Shown here in pieces: positions 38,855 through 52,656 of a DNA stretch of 64,000 nt. The stretch's first letter is position 1; every line of letters starts with the position of its first letter. Source of the stretch: Haliotis rubra (lineage: Eukaryota); contig NW_025766967.1 in NCBI RefSeq assembly GCF_003918875.1, positions 434,001 to 498,000 on the forward strand, in the 5' to 3' direction. A model generated the notes under the pieces. The model was not told the origin of the DNA. It did not search any database and was given only the letters and a program-made list of their open reading frames with translations. Position numbers and translations under genes: made by a program.

Positions 38855-39100
38855 ACCTGTAAAGGTCCGGGTTCGAATTCATCTTCAGTAACCCATGCTT
38901 GTCGTGCGAGGTGACTAAAGGAATCGGGTGGTCAGGCTCGCTGACTTGGTTGACACATGTCATCGTATCCCAATTGCGTCGATCGATGTTCATACTGTTG
39001 ATCCCTGGATTGTCTGGTCCAGACTCGATTATTTACAGAGCACCGCTACATAGCTGGAATATTGCTTTGTGCGGCGAAAAACTAAACTCACTCAGTCACT
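38855..39100 (+). mobile_element. SINE family B
   Basis: Full-length match to the family. Confidence 0.85.
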
Positions 39101-39241
39101 CCCCGTCGACTACCGCTGTGTACTGCTACAGTATACCACGTATATGACGAATACGCCTATTTGAGTTTCCCATCCATATGTTCATATCTTACTCGAACTG
39201 CGCCTTCAAATGCGACAAAAGATGTACGATTATAAGGAACT

Positions 39242-39643
39242 GAAATGGGCTTCACACATTGCACCCATGTGGGGAATCGAACCCGGGCCTTCGGCGTGAC
39301 GAGCGAACGCCTTAACCATTAAGCTATATCCCACCGCCCCTATCTCTATGTGACGTGTTAATGACGTCTCAAGGAACACGGGGTGGAAGTTGTTGAGTGC
39401 AAAGTAATGCGGAGAATGAAGTGTGAATTAACATGGTAACCGTAAATTCCACAAATTGCAGTGAGTGTGTGTGTGAGTGAGTGAGTGAGTTTAGTTTTAC
39501 GCCGCTTTTAGCAATATTCCAGCAATATCACGGCGGGGGACACCAGAAATGGGCTTCACACATTGTGCCCATGTGGGAAATCGAAACCGGGTGTTCTACG
39601 TGACGAGCGATCGCTTTAACCACTGGGTTACCCCACCGCTCCC
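39242..39643 (-). mobile_element. Two SINE family A copies (39242-39340 partial; 39470-39643 full)
   Basis: Family A head, body and tail. Confidence 0.85.
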
Positions 39644-40196
39644 ATCAAATTGTAAACTCATTACAATGCACTGAATCATTCTTCGTTATCACAGCTCGAG
39701 TGGTGCAAGGTACACATACCTCAGTCCTCACAATTGTACCAATTCCCAGGGAATCAGTGGACAGATTCCAAGGGCACACACAGGTTCCTAAGTTTATCTG
39801 CTTGGGAGCATTAAGTAGGTTAGTTCCCCGGGAGCGCATAAATAGGCTATTCCCCTTAGCTGTTTCTGTACACTTCTCCAGGGCACACCTTTTTCCTGTC
39901 TGTGCATAGATCCGTCCCTTACGTGCGGGAAACCCTGACTCTGGGTTCAAGTCCTGGTTTGCCTTGAATATATTTCTGGGTTCGACATCACCATGGCCAT
40001 GGGTTTCAAGGAATTCTTTATCTAACGTTTAAGTGTTTTGTTCAACGACGTTAATATTGGGAACAAGTGTTTTGTTCAACGAACTTCCTTCCTTAAGTGG
40101 CATTTAGAAGCTGGTATAATGAAGAGATATGATGAAGGGGAACACTTAGACAACATCAACTGCAATAAAGAAGGTTTTGTTATTCCAGTGATTGTG

Positions 40197-40353
40197 ATTG
40201 AGTATGCTTTTACGCCGCTTTTAGCAAAATTCCAGCAACATCACGGCGGGGACACCAGAAATGGGCTTCACACATTGTACCCATGTGGGGATTCGAACCT
40301 GGGTTTTCGGCGCGACGGACGGACTCTTTAGCCACTAGGCTACCCCACTGCCC
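40197..40353 (-). mobile_element. SINE family A
   Basis: Family A match. Confidence 0.85.
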
Positions 40354-40638
40354 ATGAGATGTACAATGAAAGCACAGGGGAAGTAACTCTATGGTTGTAC
40401 CATTTTTGATTCAAATATAAAATTCAAGGCACATTGGTTATAAAAATAAGTAGCTGTGGCAGTGTGCCAGTGCTATATAAAGTCATAAAGTCTATGTTTT
40501 CTTATTGGAGTTGCACAAGCAAGTTCAATAATGGCACAATGTTTGCCAGAGAAAGTAAAATTTATGGCAGTATGCTAATAATGCATGACGTCTGAAGTTT
40601 GCGATGCAAAGTTCAAGAAACGCATAGTGTTTACAAGA

Positions 40639-40809
40639 CTGACTGACTGAGTGAGTTTGGTTTTGCGCCGCTTTTAGCAATATTCCAGCAATATCACGGC
40701 GGGGGGACACCAGAAATGGGCTTTACACATTGTACCCATGTGGGGAATCGAACCCGGGTGTTCGGCGTGACGAGCCAACGCTTTAACCACTAGGCTACCC
40801 CACCGCCTC
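40639..40809 (-). mobile_element. SINE family A with 13-bp TSD
   Basis: agtgtttacaaga on both flanks. Confidence 0.9.
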
Positions 40810-41479
40810 AGTGTTTACAAGAGAATTCATAGGCCAATAGTATATGAAGTCATATGTAATTTGTTATAAATTAGAGTTGTACAAGCGTTTTTGAAAAACC
40901 AAAATTAAAGAACGGCACAGTGATTTCAAAAAAAAGGAAGTCACACCATGGCTATAAGCTAATACCATACCAGATGGTCAACTGTATACTCAATCAGATA
41001 TGATTTGTTTGATTGTCTGAGTAGTACAAGCATGTAAGAGAATACATCGATTAAAAAAGCAAGAAAAAAAAGCACACTGTTTGCACAGAGAGAGTCACTC
41101 CATGACTATAAGTAAATAAAGTACCCAAACAGGTGTGATTTCTCTGACTAGAGCTATATAGGCCTATTTGGCCCACCAATGTTCACGAGTGGCACAGTGT
41201 TAGCAAAGGGAGGTAAGTCTATGGTTGTAAGCCAGTAGTATATTCCATCAGATGTATTCTGTCTGATTCAATTTCTAAAGTGGCTCAAAAGTGGCACAGT
41301 GTTTTCAAAATAGAAACAGTCTATAGCTACAATTACAGTAATATACAATGATCAGACATAATTTATCTAATTGTACCAGTGAGCTTAAACTACAAAGTTC
41401 AAAGTTTGTACATTGTTTGCACAGGGAAGTGAATGTTCTTACAAGCAATAAATCTTTCGATGGCACACACTTGTCTGAA

Positions 41480-42860
41480 ATTATTTATAACCTTATCAAT
41501 TGATAGAGTGTTGCCCTTATAGAAATATATACTTTTTGCTTAGTAAGATTAAGTGATTCAACAAGTTATATTGATTTGGATAACCAAAGAGAATTGCGTT
41601 GGTATCCAAAGTTATGCCCATGTTAATGTTGGTCTTCAAAAATAGTTCCAGACTCCCCCAAAATTCTTTTACATATTCACATTGGAGAAAAACATGAGCT
41701 AGGTCTTCCTTGTAAGGTTCACAAAAAGATCAAATATCATCGTTTACTAGGTTCATAACCTTTAGTTCCTACCTAGTTATATACCATGCGGTGTAGAAAT
41801 TTGAATTGAAATTCTAGAAGTTTTACGTCTTTTGTACAACACCTAAACTGGAGCAATATATTTTTCCAGTTTGGAGAAGTAAGGTTAAAGTTATCCGTCC
41901 ATTTTTGACACACCTGGGCCACGTATAACATGTGATAATATTATCATAAAAGTATCTGGAGCCCTTTCCAAGCCTAAGCTAGTCAAGCTTAAGCTGTTTC
42001 CAATAATCAGGTTGGATTTTATAATACACCTTTGCTGGTTGATGCACTGTTTCCACTTAGGAGGGATGCTACATAGCAGTCTGTGATAATCTAAGAAGGT
42101 TCCCCTGGTATCATATACGTTTTTCAGTTCACTGAAGGGCATTAATCCTCATGTGTTACAGACATTCTTAACAAAATGCAGCCCTTTGTGATACCAATTT
42201 TGTATAAAGAGGGTTTTATCTTTGAACTGATGTTTCAGCCAAAGAGGTTGAGATAAAATATAGTTGATATTGTCTGGGTATTCTTAGATAGTGTCCATGC
42301 GTCCAAAACACTTCTCCAATAAGGATTTTAACAATTATTTCGAATATTGATATTCGCTCACAGATAAGGATAAAGGAAATTGGCTTGGGTTCTTGCAGGT
42401 AGGATTTTGGTAGCATTTTCTTAAGTGAGAAAGTTTCAAGGCTTGAATAAAAGTGTCAACATCAATCTTTCTTAGGCAACCTTCATCAGATTTCCTGATC
42501 ATATTAATCCTCTTTATTTTGTCCTTTTTCCCATTCCATAAAATGTTTTTACAAATATTTGATTTAATTCTTTAACAAAAGCTTCAGGAAGAGTAGGCAG
42601 GGCTAAAATATATGTACCAAGGAAGAAAGAGCTAAGGATTCAATAACTGTAATTTTGTAAATCAAAGTCAGTGGTCTATGCTTCCATAATGCGAGGATTC
42701 TTTGTATGGTTTCAATTCTCTTTATTGTATTTATGACCCAGAAGTCTTGTAAATTAGCATTAAGGGTAATGCCAAGAACTTCAAAGTTTTAACATTTAAT
42801 ATTTTTTCCAGCCATACAGCCTATGCAATAAAGAAGTTGCCTATCCATAAAAAGTGTTCC
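41480..42860 (-). mobile_element. Decayed LINE (L1/Tx1-like) ORF2 3' part
   Basis: Fragments on minus strand: WKHRPLTLIYKITVIESLALS, FLDYHRLLCSIPPKWKQCI, HVFLQCEYVKEFWGSLE, LLSKKYIF; many stops and frameshifts. Confidence 0.75.
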
Positions 42861-42874
42861 TCTTCAACAATTTG

Positions 42875-43103
42875 TTGGTTTGATGTTTAATGTCGCACTC
42901 AGCAATATTCCAGCCATATGGCGGCAGTCTGTAAATAATCGAGTCTGGACCAGACAACCCAGTGATCAACAGCATGAACATCGATCTACGCCATTGGGAT
43001 ACGGTGACATGTGTCAACCCTGTCAGCGAGCTTGACCACGCGATCCCGTTAGTCGCCTCTTACGGCAAACACCTGATGCTGATCAAGGACCCTTCACGGG
43101 TGT
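42875..43103 (-). mobile_element. SINE family B
   Basis: Family match. Confidence 0.85.
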
Positions 43104-43397
43104 CAATGACAGGAAAATGTGGTTAGTTCAGAAATGCGTCGTGTGATGAAATATTCATGGAAGTATGAACAGAAACTGCTAATCATATGTATATTGTTCA
43201 CGATGGCCCAGTCGGTACTGTTGGTTGCTGTACAGTGTTATTTCCTTTAGCTGTAGTATATCTGATCGTGGGTTCGAATCTCAGAAACTGGCCATCTGAT
43301 TCCGAACCCTGGTCTTCTAGTACAATACATGTGCTTATGGGTTTTATAATTGTGGTTAATGTCGGAGACCTGTACCGGTATGGGCTTGCTCATCGAG

Positions 43398-44925
43398 TAA
43401 CTCACTCGCCTGCCTACCAACTCACACAATCATCCACTCACTCACTCGCCTGTCTACCAACTCACACAATCATAGACTCACCGAGTCACTCACTCGCCTG
43501 CCTACCAACTCACACAACCATTCACTCAACCAGTCACTCACTCACTCGCCTGCCTACCAACTCACACAACTATCCACTCAACAAGTCACACACTCGCCTG
43601 CCTACCAACTCACACAACCATTCACTCACCGAGTCACTCACTCGTCTGCCTACCAACTCACACAACCATTCACTCAACCAGTCACTCACTCGCCTGCCTA
43701 CCAACTCACACAATCATAGACTCACCGAGTCACTCACTCACCTGCCTACCAACTCACACAACCATCCACTCAACCAGTCACTCACTCGCCTGACTACCAA
43801 CTCACAAAACCATTCACTCAACCAGTCACTCACTCGCCTGACTACCAACTCACACAACCATTCACTCAACCAGTCACTCCCTCGCCTGACTACCAACTCA
43901 CACAACCATTCACTCAACCAGTCACTGACTCGCTTGCCTACCAACTGATACAATCATAGACTCACCGATTCACTCACTCGCCTGCCTACCAACTCACACA
44001 ACCATTCACTCAACAAGCCACTCACTCAATCACCTGCCTACCAACTCACACAATCATAGACTCATCCAGTCACTCACTCGCCTGCCTACCAACTCACACA
44101 ACCATTCACTCAACCAGTCACTCACTCGTCTGCCTACCAACTCACACAATCATAGACTCACCGATTCACTCACTCGTCTGCCTACCAACTCACACAATCA
44201 TAGACTCACTGTGTCACTCACTCGTCTGCCTACCAACTCACACAATCATCCACTCAACTATTCACTCACTCACCTGCCTACCAACTCACACAATCATCCA
44301 CTCAACCAGTCACTCACTCCCCTGCTTACCAACTCACACATTCATAGACTCACAGAGTCACTCACTCACCTGCCTACCAACTCACACAATCATCCACTCA
44401 ACCAGTCACTCACTCACCTGCCTACTAAATCACACAATCATCCACTCAACCACTCACCGAATCACCTGCCTACCAACTCACACAATCATAGACTCAACTA
44501 TTGACTCACTCGTCTGCCTACCAACTCACACAATCATAGACTCACCGAGTCACTCACTCCTCTGCCTACCAACTCACACAATCATAGACTCACCGAGTCA
44601 CTCACTCGTCTGCCTACCAACTCACACAATCATGCACTCACCGAGTCACTCAAACACATGCCTACCAACTCACACAATCATAGTCTCACCGATTCACTCA
44701 CTCGTCTGCCTACCAACTCACACAATCATCCACTCACCGAGTCACTCAATCACCTGCCTACCCACTCAAACAACCATCAACTCACTCACTCCTTCCCTCG
44801 CCTACTCACTCATTCACTCAACTATCCACGAACCCACTCACTCTCTCATCCACCTGACCTCCCAACTGTTCACCCACTCATTCTCTCTTTCTCACTCACC
44901 CACCCAACGACCCACTCACTCACAT
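43398..44925. repeat. 48-bp minisatellite (~28 units) decaying into (CTCA)n-like sequence
   Basis: ctcactcgcctgcctaccaactcacacaaccattcactcaaccagtca repeated. Confidence 0.93.
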
Positions 44926-45564
44926 ACAAATTGGTAAAAGTGTTTAGGTGAAGTAAGACTCCTTTATAAAAACATACCAGTTTATTGTTTTTACATTTTG
45001 AAACTGCATTTCACAATGAACACATCTACAATATAGAACATGAACGTACTTTAACAATGACACCTCATTAAAACGGACTCCCAGGATATAATAACTATTC
45101 GAATTACCCGAACTTCAATTACAGAGGAGTGACATTAAAACATAGTCGACGAGGACTTAAACAGTACCAACACGAAACATCTCTTTTGAGATATCGGGAC
45201 AACAGAGTTCGACTTAAAAAGGCTTCAATGTTAAAATACTTCATACTAGTTGCTGCCTAGTGAGATATATCACACCTACTGGAACTTTCGACGCGTATCC
45301 GTTGACATAAATTTACTCATGTCACAGTTTACATCCGACGGTTGTGGCACTGTATTCCTGAAAGTGACTGTTTCTTCTGGATTGTCTTGTCCAATACACA
45401 TCACCAGGAACAATGCCGTTATGCATATATCTACATTCAAACGATAGAATTTGCGTAGCCACCTATTGCTTTGCTTCCAGATACGAAAATATTAGTGTTG
45501 TAATACTGTGCTTTAGACAGCCATTATGAAAAAAACAGCTTGAAAAAACAGGTTAAAATCATAT

Positions 45565-48500
45565 TTACATTTTTATAACACCAAAATAATTTGAAAATCT
45601 CCTTTTCTCAACTAAATCATAATAATTGTTCGACACCACCACATGGAGGCGATCTTGTTTGCGGAGCTTCACAATGGCGGACAGGAAGGACGTTTGCTGC
45701 GGAGTTACTGTCAACCGGAAGGACGTTTTAGACATGAGTATGGATTTCTCTCCGAGGCCAGGGAGGTTAGGGTTCTGTCGCCGTATCATGTGCAGGAAGG
45801 GTGTGTCTGAGGATGTTGGCAACGTGGTGAAGGTGATGTGTGAGTACACCAGGTACAGACCTGCTGCTGCCACGACGACTTTGTCCCCATCACATTCGAC
45901 GTTGGAACAGAAAGACGTATTGTAGGGGTCGCTCGTCGTCCATGTTGGCGGTGAATCTGTACAAACGAGTACAATATTAACAAAGCACAGTTCATGTACT
46001 GATGTATCACAACAATATTTATGTGTTATACAGAGAACCTGTAACTGTAATCACCTCAAATGATATAAACACTTAAAAAAGTAACGATATCCCATTTTCC
46101 ATATAATTTTTAATATATATATACTCACAGAAACGAATAAGGGAACACATGAAAGTACAAGTGTTCTTTTATTTATTTCCAGAATTTCACTCACTGTGTT
46201 ATTCATTCCTCGTGAAGAAACATGGACAAGAATAAAGGAACATTTGTACTTTCATGTGTTCCCGTATTCGTTTCCATGAATATATGTTTGACATTTTGTG
46301 AACACCAAACTCGGTAATACTCCATCAAAATGTCGGCGATCAGTATAGAACAGGTTGAACCAGACAGTCAAGGAAATTATCTGCATCAATCTACACAACT
46401 GTAATACAACTATATGCTTCCACCATGTGAACGAGCTGAAAAACAAAAGTACTGCCGGAAATAGAAAAAAAACTGTTTTTTCACATTTATATCTACATGT
46501 AGTTAATATGTGAAAGTGTGAAATATCTGTTAAACTAAGTTCGGCCTAACTACAGTCTCAGTGGGAGGGAGATAGGAAACGTAAAAGAAGGATTTTACTG
46601 AGGAGAGCTTAGTGCAGAAATGAGCAATGCAGTTTTTTTCTAAGTCCAATGCGACTTATTCAGAACAGACCATGGCTTTATACAAATTAGTGTGCGATGA
46701 TATTGTATTATAAAGGACACTTTTAAACGATCATTTTGAAATTAGACTTAGCTTCATTATAAACGATAGCAGACGTAAACAATAATAACTTTAATACTGA
46801 AATTATTAAGGATGTAGCTACCATGGCGTTTCACTATCAATATAAAAAGAAACAGGTAGGAGGGGTCGTCTCAAAAGCAAAACAAGACTTGGCGTTTGCG
46901 TGTCATTTTAAGCCCGAGTAGGCGTTTCTGCCACACAGTTACTCTGATTGAATGTATTTTGGACTGAATAGGGTGATTCTTCGATTCTAATGGAGGTACT
47001 TATGCCATGCAATACTCCACACAGCAAAGGGGCAATATTCAAAGCTCGCACATACAACACAACATTATAACCCCGGATAGCCCAAGCTGCCTGTTAGGAG
47101 CCAGAAGGTTATAGTCATATAACTTACCCCACCGGGTACCCATTTTCTGCTGGGTGAACAGAGGCAATTTTGAACAAACTCACTTGCCTAAGGTGAGACC
47201 ACGTGTATCACATGTGTTTCGTTGTGGGGCAGGACTGAAGTCCTAGAAACTCCCATGAGTCAAGCTGCCAAACACATGGCCAATAAGAAAGCCGGAATTT
47301 GTCTATGCGGCATAAAACACCATCCACCACCATGTCAGTGTTGTAATACGGAAGCAAATGTGCATGCATATGCAAATCATTACCTCTGTCTGGCACCAGA
47401 TATCGGTGAGCCCACGTCGACTCCCTGGGACGACTCCATATCTCTTCCCGCAACCCTTTAAGGAGGTCACCCGGCTCCCTGCCTAAAATGACAAAAGCCA
47501 TTGTTCGTTTATCGAAATTGTTCAGACAAATCGTTGTTTTGGTAGTACTACCTATACGTTTGTAACTGCTTCGTGTATTTGTTGTAAAATCATGGGAATT
47601 ATTATTTTGAATGAAATATAATTTATTCGTTTAGTGCCGTGAAGTTCTGTGTTAATTAAGCGAGTGAGTGAGTTTACTTTTACGCCACTTTTACGCCGCC
47701 GTGGGTGAGTGTTACATATAAAACAAAGATCCTTAAATACATGAATGAACGAGTGAATAAATGCACGCACCTGTGGACCTTCTGTAGTATTCGTCACTGA
47801 TTATCTGAAACGAAATAAAAACACATGAAGACCTCAAACGGCATGTCTTTAAAGGTTGATTTGGATTGGTTTGTTTGTTGTTAACGCTGCACTGTGTGCA
47901 ATTAATCGAGTCTGGACCGGACAATCCAGTGATCAACATTATGAGCATCGATCAACGCAATTGGGGTACGATGACATGTAAAACATCTAATCTCACTACT
48001 CTGCTCTGAGAAGTTAATTCAAACCCAGCGTATAATCTGAACATGGGAATAAACACACGATGTCTTTAGTTGTAGTCATTTCAGCTTTTTGTCTTTGTTA
48101 TATGGGGATTCGAACCTTGATTAACTCCTGCCACACCAGGGAACATGTCTCAGATACGCAAGTTCCTGTTCCTTGGGCTGCAGTGTTACTCGAGATNNNN
48201 NNNNNNNNNNNNNNNNNNNNNNNNNNNNNNNNNNNNNNNNNNNNNNNNNNNNNNNNNNNNNNNNNNNNNNNNNNNNNNNNNNNNNNNNNNNNNNNNNNNN
48301 NNNNNNNNNNNNNNNNNNNNNNNNNNNNNNNNNNNNNNNNNNNNNNNNNNNNNNNNNNNNNNNNNNNNNNNNNNNNNNNNNNNNNNNNNNNNNNNNNNNN
48401 NNNNNNNNNNNNNNNNNNNNNNNNNNNNNNNNNNNNNNNNNNNNNNNNNNNNNNNNNNNNNNNNNNNNNNNNNNNNNNNNNNNNNNNNNNNNNNNNNNNN

Positions 48501-49170
48501 NNNNNNNNNNNNNNNNNNNNNNNNNNNNNNACTACTATTGCAACTACAACAATTACTACTACTACTGCTACTACTACCACCACCAATGCTACTACTATCA
48601 CCAATGCTACTGTACTACAACTACTACTCCTACTGTTACTACCACAGCTACTACTACTACTGTAACTTCTGTAACTACTACGACTGTAACTATTACAACT
48701 AACTACTCCTACTACTACTACTACTACCATCACCAACGCTACTACAAGTACTACTTCTAAATGCACCGTCTATATTACTAGTATTTAAGTACCTTTTGGA
48801 ATAACGTTGTGACGTCATTCTTCTGTCTCTGACAACACAGCGCATGTCCCGATGGCAGTCTTATGACGTCATAAAGCGTATCCTTGGATTCGACCAGCGG
48901 ACCAAGTTGATCACAGGTGAGACATATTTGATCAGCAGCCGCCTGCTTTCGATTCGACAGAGCGGGTAAACCCTCAGTTCTGGGGTGATGTTCTCGCGGT
49001 TTCATAAACTCATGGACAGCCACGACGACAATCAGCACAACATTGGCTGTCAGCGATAATCCGATAATCGCATACAACAGCACCCCCGGACGACGTCGGC
49101 CTTGATGGGGCGGTGGAGTTGGTGACGTTGCTGGCTCAATGGATAGGAAGGTGGACTCGGGTTCGGACAT
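45565..49170 (-). CDS. TNF-superfamily ligand TNF-5, 300 aa; exons 49170-48793, 47804-47771, 47482-47384, 45956-45565
   Basis: TM VLLYAIIGLSLTANVVLIVVVAV, CLTC..CC, 34-nt micro-exon IISDEYYRRST, WAHRYL, PTW, VVAAAGLYLVYSHITF, TSFLSAIVKLRKQDRLHV, SNYFGVIKM. Phases 0,1,1. Intron 1 contains an assembly gap. Confidence 0.88.
48197..48530. other. Assembly gap (N run)
   Basis: Ns. Confidence 0.99.
48531..48757. repeat. (ACT)n degenerate trinucleotide microsatellite
   Basis: Direct reading. Confidence 0.92.
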
Positions 49171-49377
49171 AATTGAAAATGAAATCCGTTGCCACCGTGA
49201 AATCAATGTGTATTACGAACTATGTATACGTTCCCCATGAGATTAATGATGTAACAGCACACTTGTCAAGTCTCTCTAAGTCGAATCTGTTCAGCTGATA
49301 GTGTCGCCTGTAGCTGTCTCACATACACTGAATCTATCCAAAACATGCTAGTTGATAAAATACTTGCTCCCTCGGTA

Positions 49378-49437
49378 CGGAATACCCATTACCTCACCGC
49401 GGATTCCCTGAAGTTACGCTTGCTACGGGGAATTCCC
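49378..49437. promoter_or_regulatory. Cluster of kappaB-like sites upstream of TNF-5
   Basis: GGGGAATTCCC at 49427-49437 plus weaker cGGAATACCC at 49378 and gcGGATTCCC at 49399. Confidence 0.6.
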
Positions 49438-50254
49438 ATAGTGACCTGCTTTCTCTTCCTCAACAGCCATGGTGTCTGTCCTCTAGACTAAGGCTGAGTC
49501 TCCGGATATATATAACTCTGATTGTAACAAATAAACCCGTTTAAATTTAAAAGAATCCCTGGGGGACCAGAGATTCAGAACCTTGGGAAATCAAGACCTG
49601 CTTCATTTAGTCAATTAGCATTGCAGGGAGGGCTAGGCTGCAGGGAAATTAATATGGTTCGGGGACTGTTGGACAGACTATCTCCCCTCTAGCAGGGATA
49701 TTTCTTCTCTCCCACTGTGCTTGCATTTCCCTGAAACCATGCACCACTTGTGTGGAGGATACAGTCTCAGCTTACACAGATAAAAGTGGACAGGCTCCTT
49801 ATAACCGGACATCGTCCACCTTGCGTCCACTTGTAAACATTGTCATTATGTCTATATATGGTGATACATGATATTCTTACAATCACACTACGGATTTTAC
49901 GACCAGCAGAGATATTTTATGTTTGGAAAACGGTTTTGTTACTTTTGTTTTCACGTATTTCTTCTTATACCTCTCTCTTTTCTCTTTCCTGGAACCCGGT
50001 ATTTACATCATGCATCCTTACATTTTCTCTCAATGTCCTTGATCCATTTTCTGTTCTCACTCTTAGCCTATTTTACATTAACACAAACAAAATACGGCTG
50101 CCTTCTCTACATTTATTCTGTGCTGTGAGATATTACATTTCTTCTGATTCGTGAAGTGTGTTGTTCTGGCTATTAGCTGCATATCATACGATTGGCAGTT
50201 TGACAAGAAAATAATTTCTTACGTGTGTCAATAACCGTATATCGGCGACGGTAT

Positions 50255-50748
50255 AAATATATATTCTTTGTTCCTCCAAAGGAGAGTTACAAGAGTAATA
50301 ATAATGACAAATTTACATTATAAAAGCATGCAATGTTATGATTACTTGTAGCTTTAGAAACGGTGATTATAATATTCCTTTTCGATAACAGTTACTCTTT
50401 GGAATTGATGTAAGCCTTTGATTGCTACTTCAGAAAATGTGAGTTCAATGTCCGGATCTGGCACAGGAGGATGGCAGGACAGGAGACATCATACCAATTC
50501 CACATCAGGCTCCTGACCTCCACATAACACCTGTCCACTATGTTGCACCAGAGATTGTCTCTCTGTTCTTCTGTCTCAGGACACATGCACACAGTGTGCA
50601 CAAGTAGGTCTGTGTAACTGTCCCTGCACAGTCTGCACACACCCTGGACCTGGACATTTCCTGGCCTCCACATCTGGATCACAAAGGCTGCAGCTTGCTT
50701 TATACCAGGAACTCTCTTCGCTGTTACCCACGCTTCGGTGATGGTGGT

Positions 50749-50784
<36 letters not shown>

Positions 50785-51740
50785 GGGGGGGAATTACTGG
50801 ATGAATCAGTGGGAAGTGTCTTAGGTCTGGGTCAGTCTCTATTCGTCTTTTCCATATATCGAGTTCTCTCCCTTTGATAGCATCCTTCACAATTCTCTTC
50901 CAGGTCGATCTACTGGGGAATGTTCCATGGCTGCTGAAGGTGTTAAGGAAAGCCCCAAGGTTGCACCTCTCTGCAATCCGTTTGATGTCTGGAACAAAGC
51001 CGAGTGAGGTTTCTGTACACATGTACTTAGACAGAGCCAGTCTTGTTGAAAAGATGCGCCTGGGGACTAAGTCTGTTTTGCCTTTACATAGGTTTCCAAG
51101 GAACAGTAGCTTTCGTTTGTCTATTTCAGACTCCAGTGATGTCCAGCCGAGCAGAGCGTTACAGATATCTGTTCTCGTTGACCGAGGTAGGCCCTGTGCT
51201 ATCTTGAGGGCAGCTCTCTGGGAACGTTCCGATGCCAACATTTGTGCTTTACTCAGGTTGTAACACAGTTCACACCCAAAAAGGGATCTTTGGGACACAG
51301 ACAGATTTAATGATTTTAGAGCTGACTAAAGGGTTTAATCCTCTGATATGTACTCCTGATTTAAGCAGTGACATTGTTGTTGATCGCATCTTCGAGCATA
51401 CATCGATGGTTCTGTTCAAAGAGTTGTATTCTGCTGAAAGGGTTATCCCAACGTGTTCTATTTCCCTGGTGATTGGGATTCCTTGACCGTATAACTTTAT
51501 GTCCAGGTTAGAGGAGCTGACTGGTCCAAAGGTTAGAACTCTGCTTTTTGCTGGAGAAAATGTGAATCTCCACTGTCCACTGTATGCTTCGCACATAGAT
51601 ACCATGTCTTGTAGATGGGATCTGACTAGTGATATCAAGGTTGTATCGTCTGCCTGGGTTGGAGCTGTTACACTGATGTCCATTATGATTGATCCTTTCC
51701 CACTCTTTCTCAGAAGTTCATCTGATATACTTCAATTGAA
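50255..51740 (-). mobile_element. 5'-truncated LINE (RT C-terminal half plus CCHC zinc knuckle; RTE-X-like by inference)
   Basis: PTQADDTTLI, WRFTFSPAKS, HVGI, LFGCEL, CRLC..HTVCMC; 3' end tttggaggaacaaagaatatatat; frameshifts and an internal (CA)n insertion. Confidence 0.85.
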
Positions 51741-51745
51741 TGTAA

Positions 51746-52192
51746 AGGGGGCGGTGGAGTGGCCTAGTGGTTAGGCGATTGCACCTCACGTCGAAGACTC
51801 GAGTTCGATTCCCCAGGTGGGTACATACAATGTGCAAAGCCCTTTTCTGGTGTCCCCCGTCGTCACAGTGCAGGAATGTTGCTAAATGCAGCCAATACCA
51901 AAAGACGTTAACATATGGTACGTGTTGGTCCCTGCCTGGCGCTCGGCATTACTGGGTACAACAAGGACTGGTCGGCTTGGAGTCAGTATAATGTGTCTTA
52001 GAGGGGTATTCATGCTTCACTGCGGCATGGTATCTCAGTGAGCTAGCACAATAAAACAAGCTTAAGTCTGGGGTAGTACAAGCAGCCGCATACACACGCA
52101 TGCACGTCGTCATATGAGCGAAATATTCTCAAGCACAACGTTAAATCAATTTCACCTAAATGCGTCGTAAAACTCATCTCACCCACTCACTT
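51746..52192 (+). mobile_element. SINE family A interrupted by a 5'-truncated family C copy (51890-52155)
   Basis: ctaaatgc duplicated at 51882-51889 and 52156-52163. Confidence 0.82.
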
Positions 52193-52489
52193 AAAATAAA
52201 GACGAAGGCGAGACTCTGTCTAACATCTATAATCGCTCTCCTTCCATTTATTTATGTAAACAATAACCAACAGCGTCTTGGTTGTACTAAGTAGATTTTG
52301 TTTTATCGGTATCCTTCAGAGTTTCGGTATCAAAATACATGTAATCAGATACAGAAGATTGGAATGGGTGACAATTTGACTAGGTTTGCAATAGTTTGCC
52401 TAAGATTGTGATGCAATTACATTGTTGGCATATATCCTACTGTGGATCAGTACCGAGCGAGGGTGTTGTAGACGTCACTAATTGGTTAG

Positions 52490-52656
52490 TGAGTGAGTGA
52501 GTTAGTTGTACGCCGCTTTTAGCAATATTCCAGCAATATCACGGCGGGGACACAAGAAATGGGCTTCACACATTGTGCCCATGTAGGAAATCGAACCCGG
52601 GTCTTTGGCGTGACGGGCGAACGTTTTAACCACTGGACTACCCCACCGCCCCAGTG
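52490..52656 (-). mobile_element. SINE family A
   Basis: attggttagt on both flanks. Confidence 0.88.

Noticed and set aside
43187-43948. 253-aa ORF with SLTRLPTNSHNH repeats
   Set aside because: Translation of a 48-bp minisatellite; the frame breaks along the array.
48060-48766. Long ORFs spanning N runs (also 60684-61497)
   Set aside because: Artefacts of assembly gaps and simple repeats.
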